Source of the DNA: an uncultured Candidatus Saccharibacteria bacterium
Lineage (GTDB): Bacteria > Patescibacteriota > Minisyncoccia > Phycocordibacterales > Phycocordibacteraceae
Length of the DNA stretch: 59,440 nt
Assembly (NCBI GenBank): GCA_964499455.1
Contig: CAZCLC010000001.1
Span: forward strand, 1-59,440
Direction of reading: 5' to 3'
Shown here one piece after another: positions 27,545 to 37,117 of this stretch. A program made the translations under genes and the position numbers. The notes under the pieces were generated by a model. It made no database searches, was not told the origin of the DNA, and was given only the letters and a program-made list of their open reading frames with translations. Position 1 is the first letter of the stretch, and every line of letters begins with the position of its first letter.

Positions 27545-29290
27545 ATGAGGGCAACCCTCCACTCACGTCTTTACATTATTCTTACCATAATTGGAGTAAT
27601 TTCTCTTTTGCTTATAATAAAATTATTCACTGTTCAAATTATTGATGGATCACGGTATCAACAAATAGCAAGAGAACAATATGCATCAAGTATAAACTCT
27701 TTATATACACGTGGAAGTATTTATTTTACACGTAAAGATGGTGTACATATTTCTGCAGCGACATTAAAAACAGGTTATCGTATCGCAATAAATCCAGAAA
27801 CACTTTCTAATCCACAACAAGTGTATAAGACACTTGATTCAATTGTGCCAATTAATAAAACTAATTTTTTTATGGATGTGGCAAAAAAACATGATCCGTA
27901 TGAAGAAATCGCTCATCATGTTTCTTTAATGCAAGGTAGTGAAATTATTACTAAACATTTACATGGAATAATGGTTATCCACGAACGTTGGCGATATTAT
28001 CCTGGCAATACACTTGCAGCACATACAATCGGATTTGTGGCATATAATAATAACAATACAATAAGTGGTCAATATGGTCTTGAACGCTATTATAATGATA
28101 CACTTACTCAAAACGATAACGAATACAATAATTTCTTTACACGTATATTTTCAAACATAGGTTCTTTATTTGTAGATCCGGTAACTGAAAAAGAAGGTGA
28201 TATTGTAACAAGTATTGAACCTGTCGTTGAATCTCGTTTACTCGCTGATCTTAAGATTGTGAGTAAACAGTTTAACGCAAAATCTGCAGGTGGTATCATT
28301 ATGGTGCCCTCAACAGGTGCCATTGTTGCGTTGGGAAGTGTTCCTACATTCAATCCAAACACATTTCAGATTGCAAGTACTTCAGTTTTTATTAATCCGC
28401 TTACACAATATGTGTATGAATATGGTTCAATTATGAAACCACTTACAATGGCTTCAAGTCTTGATGCTGGTGTTGTAACTCCAAATACTACTTATAATGA
28501 TACTGGATGTATACATGTTGACGGCGATAGAATATGCAATTGGGATTTCAAAGCACGTGGTGTGATACCTATCGGACAAATAATTATTCAATCATTAAAT
28601 GTAGGTGCATCGTGGCTTGCCAATCAACTTGGACAAACTCGTTTTCGTACATACTTTACAAAACTATTCGGGCAAAAAACCGGAATTGATTTACCAGGTG
28701 AAGTTAATGGATTATTAAATAATCTTAACAGTACAAGGCAAGTAGACTTTGATACAATGTCATTTGGGCAGGGTATCGCAATTACTCCAATGCAAATGAT
28801 TCGTGCGCTTGGTGCCATTGCTAATGGGGGAGTAATGGTACAACCACATATTGCAACTGAAAAGATTCTTACTAACGGGGTTATAGTACCGATAATAAAG
28901 AATAATAAAATACGTGTTTTTTCAGCTGAATCCGCACGTGAGACAACCAATATGATGGTTAAACTTACAAAAACACAATTATATAATGGGAAATACGTTG
29001 TACCTGGAATACCAGTGGCTGTTAAAACCGGTACAGCACAATTGATAAAACCATATGGAGGATATTATAAAAATCGTTTCTTTCACTCATACATCGGTTT
29101 TTTCCCAGCATATGCACCACGATTTATTATCCTGTTGTATTTGAATGATCCTGATGATATAAAACATCCATATATGGCAGAATATTCTTCAGAAACGCTA
29201 ACCAAGCCTATGTTTGACCTTGTAAACTTTTTAATCAATTATTACAACATACCGCCCAACAGCAGTACAGTTATTACACACACACTATGA
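27545..29290 (+). CDS. ftsI: Division transpeptidase PBP3/FtsI-like
   Basis: TM anchor, PBP dimer domain, SxxK (GSIMKPL) and KTGTAQ. dcw context. Confidence 0.88.
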   Translation: MRATLHSRLYIILTIIGVISLLLIIKLFTVQIIDGSRYQQIAREQYASSINSLYTRGSIYFTRKDGVHISAATLKTGYRIAINPETLSNPQQVYKTLDSIVPINKTNFFMDVAKKHDPYEEIAHHVSLMQGSEIITKHLHGIMVIHERWRYYPGNTLAAHTIGFVAYNNNNTISGQYGLERYYNDTLTQNDNEYNNFFTRIFSNIGSLFVDPVTEKEGDIVTSIEPVVESRLLADLKIVSKQFNAKSAGGIIMVPSTGAIVALGSVPTFNPNTFQIASTSVFINPLTQYVYEYGSIMKPLTMASSLDAGVVTPNTTYNDTGCIHVDGDRICNWDFKARGVIPIGQIIIQSLNVGASWLANQLGQTRFRTYFTKLFGQKTGIDLPGEVNGLLNNLNSTRQVDFDTMSFGQGIAITPMQMIRALGAIANGGVMVQPHIATEKILTNGVIVPIIKNNKIRVFSAESARETTNMMVKLTKTQLYNGKYVVPGIPVAVKTGTAQLIKPYGGYYKNRFFHSYIGFFPAYAPRFIILLYLNDPDDIKHPYMAEYSSETLTKPMFDLVNFLINYYNIPPNSSTVITHTL

Positions 29291-30588
29291 TAAAAAAAAT
29301 CGTACGACTTTTTATTGTTTCATTACTCGCAGCTTTATCGCGTGGTATTATTCGTAAATATCACCCAAAAGTAATTATGATAACAGGCAGTGTTGGTAAG
29401 ACATCAACAAAAGACGCAATTTCCGCAGCACTTACAAATACTTATTTTCTTCGTGCAAGTGAAAAAAGTTATAATAGTGAGTTTGGTGTACCGTTTACTA
29501 TTATTGGTGTAAAAGCTCCATGGCAAAATATATTTGCATGGATACGTGTCTTTCAAGAAGCATTTACGTTGCTTTTATTACCAAATCATTATCCAAAATT
29601 GCTTGTACTTGAAGTTGGGGCAGATAAGCCTGGTGATATCGCTAATATTCTGCATATAGTTACACCTAACATTGTAGTTGTAACACGTTTGCCAGAAGTA
29701 CCTGTGCACGTTGAGGCATATACGACTCCACAAGCAGTTCGCGAAGAAGATTTTTTGCCTGCATACGCACTTCCACCATCAGCACCACTGATTATTTCTG
29801 CTGATGATTCATATGCACGCGATATGGCAACGCGTTTACCTGTATGTATTACTATGTATGGGCTAAAAGAAGATGCATTTGTGAATATAAAACAACCGAC
29901 ATCTTTAATAGAGAACGATCATTTATGTGGTATGCAAGCAGATATGATTATCCATACTTCACCGATTGTAACTGAGAAAATTATTGTACGGGGAGCATTG
30001 GGAAGACAACAGCTATTTGCTCCAGCTGCAGCACTTGCTATCGCAATTGCACTTCATACGCCGATTAACGATGCATTTTCTGGTTTGTCTTCATATATAT
30101 CACCACCTGGACGAGGTAGAATACTTGATGGTATAAACGAATCTACTATTATTGATGAATCATATAATGCCTCTCCATCAGCCATCATTGAAGCATTATT
30201 GACATTTCGTGAACTTAAATATGCGACGCGTCGTATTGCGATACTTGGTGATATGCTTGAATTAGGACGCTATTCGGTTTCTGAACATCAGCGCATTGGT
30301 AAACTTGCAATAGATTGTGTAGATATTTTAGTGAGTGTCGGTGTACGTGCTCGTGGAATTACTCAAACAGCACAAGATATTGGATTTAATACAGAGAATA
30401 TTTATCATTTTGATACAGCAAAAGAAGCTGGAATCATCCTTGCTAAACTTGCGCGTCAAGGTGATATTTTCTTGGTAAAGGGATCACAAAATGTACGTCT
30501 TGAACGAGTGGTAGAAACATTGTTAAAAAACGCTGATGATAGTGTTTATCTCCCGCGTCAAGATCGTGAGTGGAAACGTAGACCGTAG
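29287..30588 (+). CDS. murF: UDP-MurNAc-tripeptide--D-Ala-D-Ala ligase MurF
   Basis: ITGSVGKTSTKD P-loop and the Mur ligase middle/C-terminal pattern (DESYNASP, GDMLELG). Confidence 0.9.
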   Translation: MIKKIVRLFIVSLLAALSRGIIRKYHPKVIMITGSVGKTSTKDAISAALTNTYFLRASEKSYNSEFGVPFTIIGVKAPWQNIFAWIRVFQEAFTLLLLPNHYPKLLVLEVGADKPGDIANILHIVTPNIVVVTRLPEVPVHVEAYTTPQAVREEDFLPAYALPPSAPLIISADDSYARDMATRLPVCITMYGLKEDAFVNIKQPTSLIENDHLCGMQADMIIHTSPIVTEKIIVRGALGRQQLFAPAAALAIAIALHTPINDAFSGLSSYISPPGRGRILDGINESTIIDESYNASPSAIIEALLTFRELKYATRRIAILGDMLELGRYSVSEHQRIGKLAIDCVDILVSVGVRARGITQTAQDIGFNTENIYHFDTAKEAGIILAKLARQGDIFLVKGSQNVRLERVVETLLKNADDSVYLPRQDREWKRRP

Positions 30589-30769
30589 ATACTGCTTTAC
30601 TCGCAATTTTTTATAAATTATCTATACTTATGCTATTGTGTTAGATAAAATTATTAGTTATATCTATTTATGTAATATTAAATATATTAAATTGTAAAAG
30701 TGTATTTTTTTGATATAACCGATATAATTCATATGTACAACATGTTTGTGAATTGTATACGTTTGTAAT

Positions 30770-30841
30770 GGCCCTATCGTCTAATGGCTAGGACATCACC
30801 CTCTCACGGTGGTAATCGGGGTTCGACTCCCCGTAGGGTCA
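30770..30841 (+). tRNA. tRNA-Glu (anticodon CTC)
   Basis: Full cloverleaf by hand: acceptor GGCCCTA/TAGGGTC, D-stem GTCT/GGAC, anticodon stem TCACC/GGTGG with loop CTCTCAC, 4-nt variable loop, T-arm CGGGG-TTCGACT-CCCCG, discriminator A. Confidence 0.92.
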
Positions 30842-31020
30842 CAAATTGAAACTTCTTGCGAAGTTAGCACAAAAGAGTGGCGCGCCGCAGGCGCGCCACA
30901 TCGCACTCGCTCCACTCGTGCGACCGACCGACAAAATAATTTCCTCTCAATTTTTGTCCGGCTCCTCCCCAAACCTCTCCGCCGAAAGGCGAAAAGAAGA
31001 AAGGAAGTTTTTTGTTTGCT
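30842..31020. repeat. GC-rich hairpin-dense repeat, copy A (inverted relative to copies C and B)
   Basis: Starts immediately after tRNA-Glu. Has a 10-bp perfect GC hairpin GTGGCGCGCC-GCA-GGCGCGCCAC at 30877-30899. The reverse complement of 30939-30986 matches 59094-59142 (TTCGG.GGAG.GGT.TGGGGAGGAGCCG.ACAAAAA.TTGA.AGGAAAT). Confidence 0.75.
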
Positions 31021-31108
31021 CACACGAGCTTATATTCCAGTCTAATAAATTAGAAAAATCAGCTACTTCTTAATGGCTATACAAAAATAAATTTGATACA
31101 ATACGGCT

Positions 31109-31555
31109 ATGAAGCAGAAAACGATCCTCGGAATCATCGGAGTAGTAGTGATCGGCGCACTCATTGTTATCGTTTATTTCTTCTCACAAAAGACCTATCT
31201 AATCGATCAGCATGCGGCTGCCATTCTCGCGTGTTATACAGGAGACTCAAGCGGCACCACAGACCAACCGATACCGAATAATTCTGTCCAATATGTGAAA
31301 GAAACGTCGCGCCTCTTCATCAACATGCCAAAGGATTTGTATCCCCGGGATCTCCAATATTCCTGGACTACTGTTGCGGGCAACGCGTCGGCTGGATCGG
31401 TCGGCGGCGGTTTTGGCGAAGCTGAAGGCGCTGCGCCTGGCTGCTGGTCGTCGTATATGGACTTCGAGGGGAGCGGTGAAGTCGATCTGCGAGTGAAGAG
31501 CGTCGTCGAGGGCGCGCCAGATTACTTCGTGCGCTTCATTGTTTCTTCGGTGTGA
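31109..31555 (+). CDS. Membrane-anchored hypothetical protein with strikingly high GC
   Basis: 148 aa with an N-terminal TM anchor (ILGIIGVVVIGALIVIVYFF). The 3' half is visibly around 55-60% GC in a ~33% GC genome. The antisense ORF 31247-31567 was rejected. Confidence 0.6.
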   Translation: MKQKTILGIIGVVVIGALIVIVYFFSQKTYLIDQHAAAILACYTGDSSGTTDQPIPNNSVQYVKETSRLFINMPKDLYPRDLQYSWTTVAGNASAGSVGGGFGEAEGAAPGCWSSYMDFEGSGEVDLRVKSVVEGAPDYFVRFIVSSV

Positions 31556-31786
31556 TGATTTCCGCATATAAACTGAAATATTTGACTTAGGAATAAACTA
31601 AATCGCGCCGAAGGCACGGAAGAACAGCGTGCCTTCTATGCATTATAAGTTAATCAATTGTTTTACAATTAGTAATAAGTTCGGGCAAGGTTTGTGATTT
31701 AATTACAAATCTAAACTTTCTATCATAGTATGAACATACTGTATAATATATGTTTATATAGTATTAATTAATAATTAAAATTAATT

Positions 31787-32371
31787 ATGTCTGCCAAAGT
31801 AATAATATTTGATTTTTTTGGTGTAATTTGTTCCGAAGTAGCTCCTTTTTGGTTTCAAAAATACATCTCTAAAAAAGAAGTGCAGAAATATAAAAAATTC
31901 TATTTTGAGCCAGCTGATTCTGTAGAAATTTCAGATGATAAATTATTAGAAAATCTAAGTAGATTTTCTGATGAGACCGCAAAAAAAGTAAAAGGAGAAT
32001 TATATAATTTAGTAAAAATAAATTATGATGTTGTTAAAATTATAAAAAACCTTAAACAAAATCATAAAATTGGCATATGTTCTAATAGTAATAGTAAATT
32101 TTTATATACAATTCTACAAGCCAATGAATTAATCAATTTATTTGATTCTATTATTATTTCAAGTGAATATGGAGTTACAAAACCAGATGTTAGAATTTAT
32201 AAATTTGCTTTAGAACAACTTTCTGCCAGTCCGCAGGAGACAATATTTATTGATGATAATCCTAAAAATATACAAGGTGCAGAACAAGTTGGTATAAAAA
32301 GTATTCTCTTTACTAATCCGAAAGAATTAGTTATTGAGTTGTTAAAATCTACTGACATAATAACAAATTAG
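31787..32371 (+). CDS. HAD-superfamily hydrolase
   Basis: Motif I region VIIFDFFGVI (second Asp replaced), motif II CSNS and motif IV IFIDDNPKNIQGA. Very low GC. Confidence 0.7.
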   Translation: MSAKVIIFDFFGVICSEVAPFWFQKYISKKEVQKYKKFYFEPADSVEISDDKLLENLSRFSDETAKKVKGELYNLVKINYDVVKIIKNLKQNHKIGICSNSNSKFLYTILQANELINLFDSIIISSEYGVTKPDVRIYKFALEQLSASPQETIFIDDNPKNIQGAEQVGIKSILFTNPKELVIELLKSTDIITN

Positions 32372-32432
32372 ATTGCAGTGTAATGTAAAATTAAATAGTT
32401 ATATACTGTATTATATAAGTATCATATAAAAT

Positions 32433-32788
32433 ATGAATATATTTGAAAAAATTATAAAAGATAGAGAAATTAGAAAAATAAGTCCTAGATTTAAAGCTGA
32501 AATGTATCGTGAAAAAAAGAATTTAAAGATATTCTTGAGAAACTTGGTAAAAAAACTAATGATACTGGATACGATATTTTGTTAAAAATTCCAATGAAAA
32601 TTTTTTCTAATAACTTGAAAACCGTATATGATGAAAAATATGGGAACAAAGCTTATTTGAAGGATTCTTTTAAATTATTTTTTGGCAAAAACGGAGCTTT
32701 ACATAATACAACAAAAATTATAGCTATTGTTACTCATCTTTCTGGGAAAATTGTTAAAATAGGTTTAAGAAAATTATTTGCAATTTAA
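32433..32788 (+). CDS. Small hypothetical protein that needs a -1 frameshift (or a 1-nt correction) at an A7 run to be read as one ~118-aa product
   Basis: Frame A (ATG 32433) runs to TAA 32583-32585. The -1 frame opens just upstream of the A7 run (32512-32518) and continues sensibly (EFKDILEKLGKKTNDTGYDILLKIPMKIF...) to 32788. The zero-frame heptamer A_AAA_AAG is at 32513-32519. Confidence 0.45.
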
Positions 32789-32790
32789 CT

Positions 32791-33066
32791 ATGGTAGTAG
32801 AAAAAGAAATACAAGAAATAATAGATAATTTTATTGAGGAGCTTGAGGGAAAGCAAAATGCTATTATTGATTTTAATAGAAAAGTTCAAGAAATAATTTA
32901 TAAATCAAAACAAGCATTTAATTCAGAAACTGATAAATTGAATGAACATTTTCTTAAGGCAGAAATTTCTGAACAAGAATATCGTCAGAGATTTTTAAAA
33001 TTTAAAGAACAAATTATTAAAGAAACTAAGCAAAAATTAGATATTTTAATACAAAGTTTAAAATAA
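32791..33066 (+). CDS. Coiled-coil hypothetical protein (91 aa)
   Basis: Charged heptad-like sequence. Starts 3 nt after the previous stop. No recognisable domain. Confidence 0.5.
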   Translation: MVVEKEIQEIIDNFIEELEGKQNAIIDFNRKVQEIIYKSKQAFNSETDKLNEHFLKAEISEQEYRQRFLKFKEQIIKETKQKLDILIQSLK

Positions 33067-33361
33067 TAATCTATATAAATTCTGAAAAACAAAGAAAGAT
33101 TAATTTGAGTTATTAAATGTTTTGATAAAGCATATAATTATTTTGTATATTAGTTAATTAAAGTACAAACATTAAATATAATAAATTCTACAAATAATTA
33201 AATTCAGTGAAAACTCCACTGCTTGATATAGTTGACAAAATATATAAAATGTAGTAGCTTATACATCATAAGTTACATCTCATGATTTCCATGTATATGT
33301 TTTGGAATTTAAGAGATCTTAGTCGGCTTATCTCTTAATCTTAAAGGCTAAAACAAAATAT

Positions 33362-34570
33362 ATGTTTAGAAGAAAAACGGGTCAAAACAGACGTTTTGAC
33401 AGTCATCATCGTGTAAGTGTAAATAAATCTCATTCTTATTCCAGTAAACGTTCTAGTTCCAGTAAACGTCAATTCAATGACGTGTCTAAGTTTGTTAATA
33501 GAATTGTTTCTAATGAAAATATAAAGCCTTATAAAACAGTAAATGATTTTGCTGATTTTGAAATTGATAATCGTTTAAAAAAGAATATTTCAGATGCTGG
33601 ATATATTCATCCAACACCTATTCAAGACCAAGCAATTCCACATATTTTAAAAGGTAGTGATATTGTCGGAATTGCTGATACTGGTACAGGTAAGACAGCG
33701 GCTTTTCTTGTGCCGCTTCTAAATAATGTGTTAAAAGATAAAAAACAGAAGGTTTTAATTGTTGTTCCAACACGAGATTTGGCAGTTCAAATTAATCAAG
33801 TTTTTATGAAACTTGCATCTAATATGCATATTTTCTCTGTTTGTACTGTTGGAGGCATTCCTGTGTTCCGTCAAATTAATGAAATGCGACGTGGTTATAA
33901 TTTTATTATAGGAACTCCTGGACGTATTAAAGATCTTATTGAACGTCGTCGTTTGCAATTAGATGATTTTCAAACCATTGTTCTAGATGAATCTGACCGT
34001 ATGCTTGATATGGGTTTTATTAATGATATGCGTTTCTTAATATCAGCTATGCCAGACAAACATCAAACTCTTTTCTTTTCTGCGACATTATCCAGAGATG
34101 TTAAATTAGTTATTAACGATTTCTTAAATAATCCGATTAATATTTTTGTTAAAACCCGTGATACAGCTCGTGGTGTAGATCAAGATGTTATTCATGCAAA
34201 AAAAGGTGCAAAACTTGATATATTAAACAAAATGTTAGTTCAACCTGAATTCAAGAAAGTGTTAATTTTTGGACGGACTAAAATTGGTGTTGAGCATTTA
34301 TATGAATCTCTTTCAAGTCATGGTATCAAAGCAAGATCAATTCATGGAGATAAAAATTATAGTCAGCGACAAAATGCTCTAAAAATGTTTAAAAATAGTT
34401 CAATAAATGTCTTAGTTGCAACTGATGTAGCAGCACGTGGAATTGATATACCAAATGTTAGTCATGTAATTAATTATGAACTTCCAGCTACATATGAGGA
34501 TTATATCCATCGTATTGGCCGTACAGGTCGCGCAGGTAAGACGGGGAAGGCTCTAACTTTCGTTGAATAA
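33362..34570 (+). CDS. DEAD-box ATP-dependent RNA helicase (motif II reads DESD)
   Basis: Q-motif PTPIQ, motif I ADTGTGKTAAF, Ia PTRDLA, II VLDESD (33986-33997), III SAT, VI HRIGRTGRAG. Basic Ser/Arg-rich N-terminal extension. Confidence 0.9.
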   Translation: MFRRKTGQNRRFDSHHRVSVNKSHSYSSKRSSSSKRQFNDVSKFVNRIVSNENIKPYKTVNDFADFEIDNRLKKNISDAGYIHPTPIQDQAIPHILKGSDIVGIADTGTGKTAAFLVPLLNNVLKDKKQKVLIVVPTRDLAVQINQVFMKLASNMHIFSVCTVGGIPVFRQINEMRRGYNFIIGTPGRIKDLIERRRLQLDDFQTIVLDESDRMLDMGFINDMRFLISAMPDKHQTLFFSATLSRDVKLVINDFLNNPINIFVKTRDTARGVDQDVIHAKKGAKLDILNKMLVQPEFKKVLIFGRTKIGVEHLYESLSSHGIKARSIHGDKNYSQRQNALKMFKNSSINVLVATDVAARGIDIPNVSHVINYELPATYEDYIHRIGRTGRAGKTGKALTFVE

Positions 34571-34623
34571 TCACAAAAATTACTTTTCTATCTTTATTTT
34601 AATTTGAAAATTAATTAAATTAT

Positions 34624-35043
34624 TTAATCTTGAGGATCACCGCCACGTTGTTTTTCAGCATTCATCATGCCATATAACATTTCATCTGTTAATTTTATTT
34701 TTATCTCTGCACGGTGTTCTTTTCTAATATTCTTTTTTTTACGCCTGCTTGAAAATAATATACCAATTGCCGATAGAACAGCACTCCAATAATCTCGCCC
34801 ATGCGATCCTATATGTTTTTTTATAGCCATGGTTTTAGCATCGTTGAATGAAACTTTATTTAAAACAAAAACTCCAATATCTCTTATTATTGCTTGTAAT
34901 ATTTCCTGTGATATTTCTATTTCGTATTTTTTATGTACCCGTTTAATTACTCTCTTTAGTTCATCCTCAGTAAAATTATATATCGACGAACTCTCATTAC
35001 CTTTAATTTGTTTTTTGGAAAAATCTTCAAGAGACTCTTTCAT
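34624..35043 (-). CDS. Hypothetical protein translationally coupled to yqeY
   Basis: 139-aa ORF whose ATG (35043) overlaps the yqeY stop. Contains one hydrophobic segment (YWSAVLSAIGILFS) and a basic stretch. No recognised domain. Confidence 0.5.
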   Translation of the reverse strand: MKESLEDFSKKQIKGNESSSIYNFTEDELKRVIKRVHKKYEIEISQEILQAIIRDIGVFVLNKVSFNDAKTMAIKKHIGSHGRDYWSAVLSAIGILFSSRRKKKNIRKEHRAEIKIKLTDEMLYGMMNAEKQRGGDPQD

Positions 35044-35495
35044 ATAAGAAGATTATTAATAATTTCTTTCACTTCTTCACCACTGGCATTTCCTTCTAAT
35101 TCTTTTATGACAGCACCTATCAATTGTCCAGATTTTTTATCATCAGTTATTTTTAATTCTGCTATTTTCATACGTACCACTTTTTCTATTTTATTACGCG
35201 ATAAAGGTTTAGGTAGAAACGTTTCTATAATAGTTAATTCTTTTTCTTCAATATCTACTAAATCATCACGTCCACCTATTTTAAATTGTTTAATAGATTC
35301 TTTCCGTTGATTTGCAGCGCGCTTTAATACAATATTTGTTTCTTCATCAGTTAATAATCCATTGGGTTTTCTTTTTTTCGCTATTAGTTCATTAACTATT
35401 AATGTAAGCAATGAGCGAAGGGTAGTAAGACGTAAAGTGTCTTTGGCACGTAATGCTGAAGCTATTTCTGTTTTAATGGATTCGTGCAGAGTCAT
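35040..35495 (-). CDS. yqeY: GatB/YqeY domain protein
   Basis: 151 aa with ...I...LRAKD..RL.TLR.L...I.N..I...............V.KR...QR.ES...F...GR.DL...E..E..II..FLP..., typical of YqeY. Confidence 0.85.
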   Translation of the reverse strand: MTLHESIKTEIASALRAKDTLRLTTLRSLLTLIVNELIAKKRKPNGLLTDEETNIVLKRAANQRKESIKQFKIGGRDDLVDIEEKELTIIETFLPKPLSRNKIEKVVRMKIAELKITDDKKSGQLIGAVIKELEGNASGEEVKEIINNLLI

Positions 35496-35631
35496 ATTTT
35501 GAAGTGTGTCATAATAAATTAATGATTCATATTAAAGTTAAACGTAAGTCTTATAAATATACTATATATCACCATATATTTAAAATATTGAGCTATAAAC
35601 ATAAATATATATAATCAGGTATAATGTAGAT

Positions 35632-36687
35632 ATGAATATATATATTATAGTTACAATCATCATCACATATGTGGTAGTTTGGTTTTTAACTAAACGTTAT
35701 TTCAGTTTGAAAGAAGTAACAAAAGAAAATAAAAGTGGTGAACTACTGCTTATACAACAACAGTTACAAGAGCTTACAAAAACAATTGATAAACGTGTTG
35801 CTGATTCTTCAAAACAGATGCAAGAAAGTGTGCAGCACCAACTCTCCGAATCTACTCGTATTATCCGCGAAGTAACTAAAGGACTTACAAAACTTGATGA
35901 AACTAATCGTCAAGTAGTTTCATTTGCAGATCAATTAAAAAATCTGCAAGATATCTTAAAAAATCCAAAACAACGTGGTATTTTGGGGGAGTATTATTTA
36001 GAGACTATACTTAAAAATATATTACCGCCCAGTAACTATAAAATGCAATATGCATTTTCTAATAATGAAATTGTTGATGCTGTAGTATTTGTTGGAGACC
36101 GTATTATACCTATAGATTCAAAGTTTTCACTTGAAAATTATAATCGTGTGCTTGACGCACATGATAGTGTTGACCGCGAACATTTTGAAAAAGCATTTAA
36201 ACAAGATCTTAAAACACGTATTGATGAAACATCTAAATATGTGCGCCCAGAAGAAAACACTATGGAGTTTGCATTTATGTTTATTCCTTCCGAAGGTGTA
36301 TATTACGATTTACTTGTAAACCAAGTAGGTTCTACGAAAACAACAACACGTGATTTAATAGAATATGCATTTGAAAAAAAGGTTATAATTGTCTCACCGA
36401 CATCTTTTAATGCTTATTTGCAAACAGTATTACAAGGATTAAAGGCGCTTCAGATAGAGAAACAGGCAGAAGAAATTAAAAAAAGAGTAGGGGAGCTTGG
36501 AAGACATATTGATTCATACGAAACATATTATAAAAAACTCGGTAATACAATTGCCACTACCGTATCACATTATAATGCTGGTTATAAAGAATTAGGAAAG
36601 ATAGATAAAGACGTATATAGAATTACTGATTCAAAAATGAGTATTACACCGAAATCTATTGAAAAACCTAATATTGATGTTGAATAA
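35632..36687 (+). CDS. rmuC: DNA recombination protein RmuC
   Basis: N-terminal TM anchor plus coiled coil, then the RmuC nuclease-like core (QRGILGEYYLE..L......Y..Q.........DAVV......IPIDSKF...Y). Confidence 0.88.
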   Translation: MNIYIIVTIIITYVVVWFLTKRYFSLKEVTKENKSGELLLIQQQLQELTKTIDKRVADSSKQMQESVQHQLSESTRIIREVTKGLTKLDETNRQVVSFADQLKNLQDILKNPKQRGILGEYYLETILKNILPPSNYKMQYAFSNNEIVDAVVFVGDRIIPIDSKFSLENYNRVLDAHDSVDREHFEKAFKQDLKTRIDETSKYVRPEENTMEFAFMFIPSEGVYYDLLVNQVGSTKTTTRDLIEYAFEKKVIIVSPTSFNAYLQTVLQGLKALQIEKQAEEIKKRVGELGRHIDSYETYYKKLGNTIATTVSHYNAGYKELGKIDKDVYRITDSKMSITPKSIEKPNIDVE

Positions 36688-36734
36688 GTACGATCCCTTG
36701 CTTTTTACAGTAAAGGCGGTATCATAAGGATATT

Positions 36735-37052
36735 ATGGAATGTGCAGTTATTAAAACTGGTGGAAAACAATATGTCGTCTCTAAAGGCGACACTATTTCT
36801 ATAGAAAAGCTTTCAGATGATAGTAAAGAAGGCGATAAAGTGGTTTTTGATTATGTTTTATTGGCTGATAACGGGAAAGAGACAACTATTGGTACTCCAA
36901 CAATAAAAGACGTAAAGGTTAAAGGTACTATTGTTAAAATTGGTCGTGCAAAAAAGATTGATGTAGTAAAATATAAAGCAAAAAGCCGATATATTAAACG
37001 TCGTGGACATCGTCAGCCATTTGTATCAGTGTGCATAGATTCTATTTCTTAA
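36735..37052 (+). CDS. rplU: 50S ribosomal protein L21
   Basis: MECAVIKTGGKQYVVSKGDTISIEKL... and KKIDVVKYKAKSRYIKRRGHRQPF. Confidence 0.95.
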   Translation: MECAVIKTGGKQYVVSKGDTISIEKLSDDSKEGDKVVFDYVLLADNGKETTIGTPTIKDVKVKGTIVKIGRAKKIDVVKYKAKSRYIKRRGHRQPFVSVCIDSIS

Positions 37053-37117
37053 TCTCATACGCACAGGAGAATCTGCATAATGTATAAATTTTCTTATTAT
37101 CATCAAAACAGGGAAGT

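Noticed and set aside
30796-31073. Track ORFs 30796-31023 (-), 30809-31045 (+) and 30846-31073 (+).
   Set aside because: They overlap tRNA-Glu and repeat copy A. The sequences are Arg/Ala-rich translations of hairpin DNA.
31247-31567. Antisense ORF opposite 31109-31555.
   Set aside because: A high-GC region keeps both strands open. The plus-strand ORF has an ATG, an N-terminal TM anchor and a more protein-like composition.
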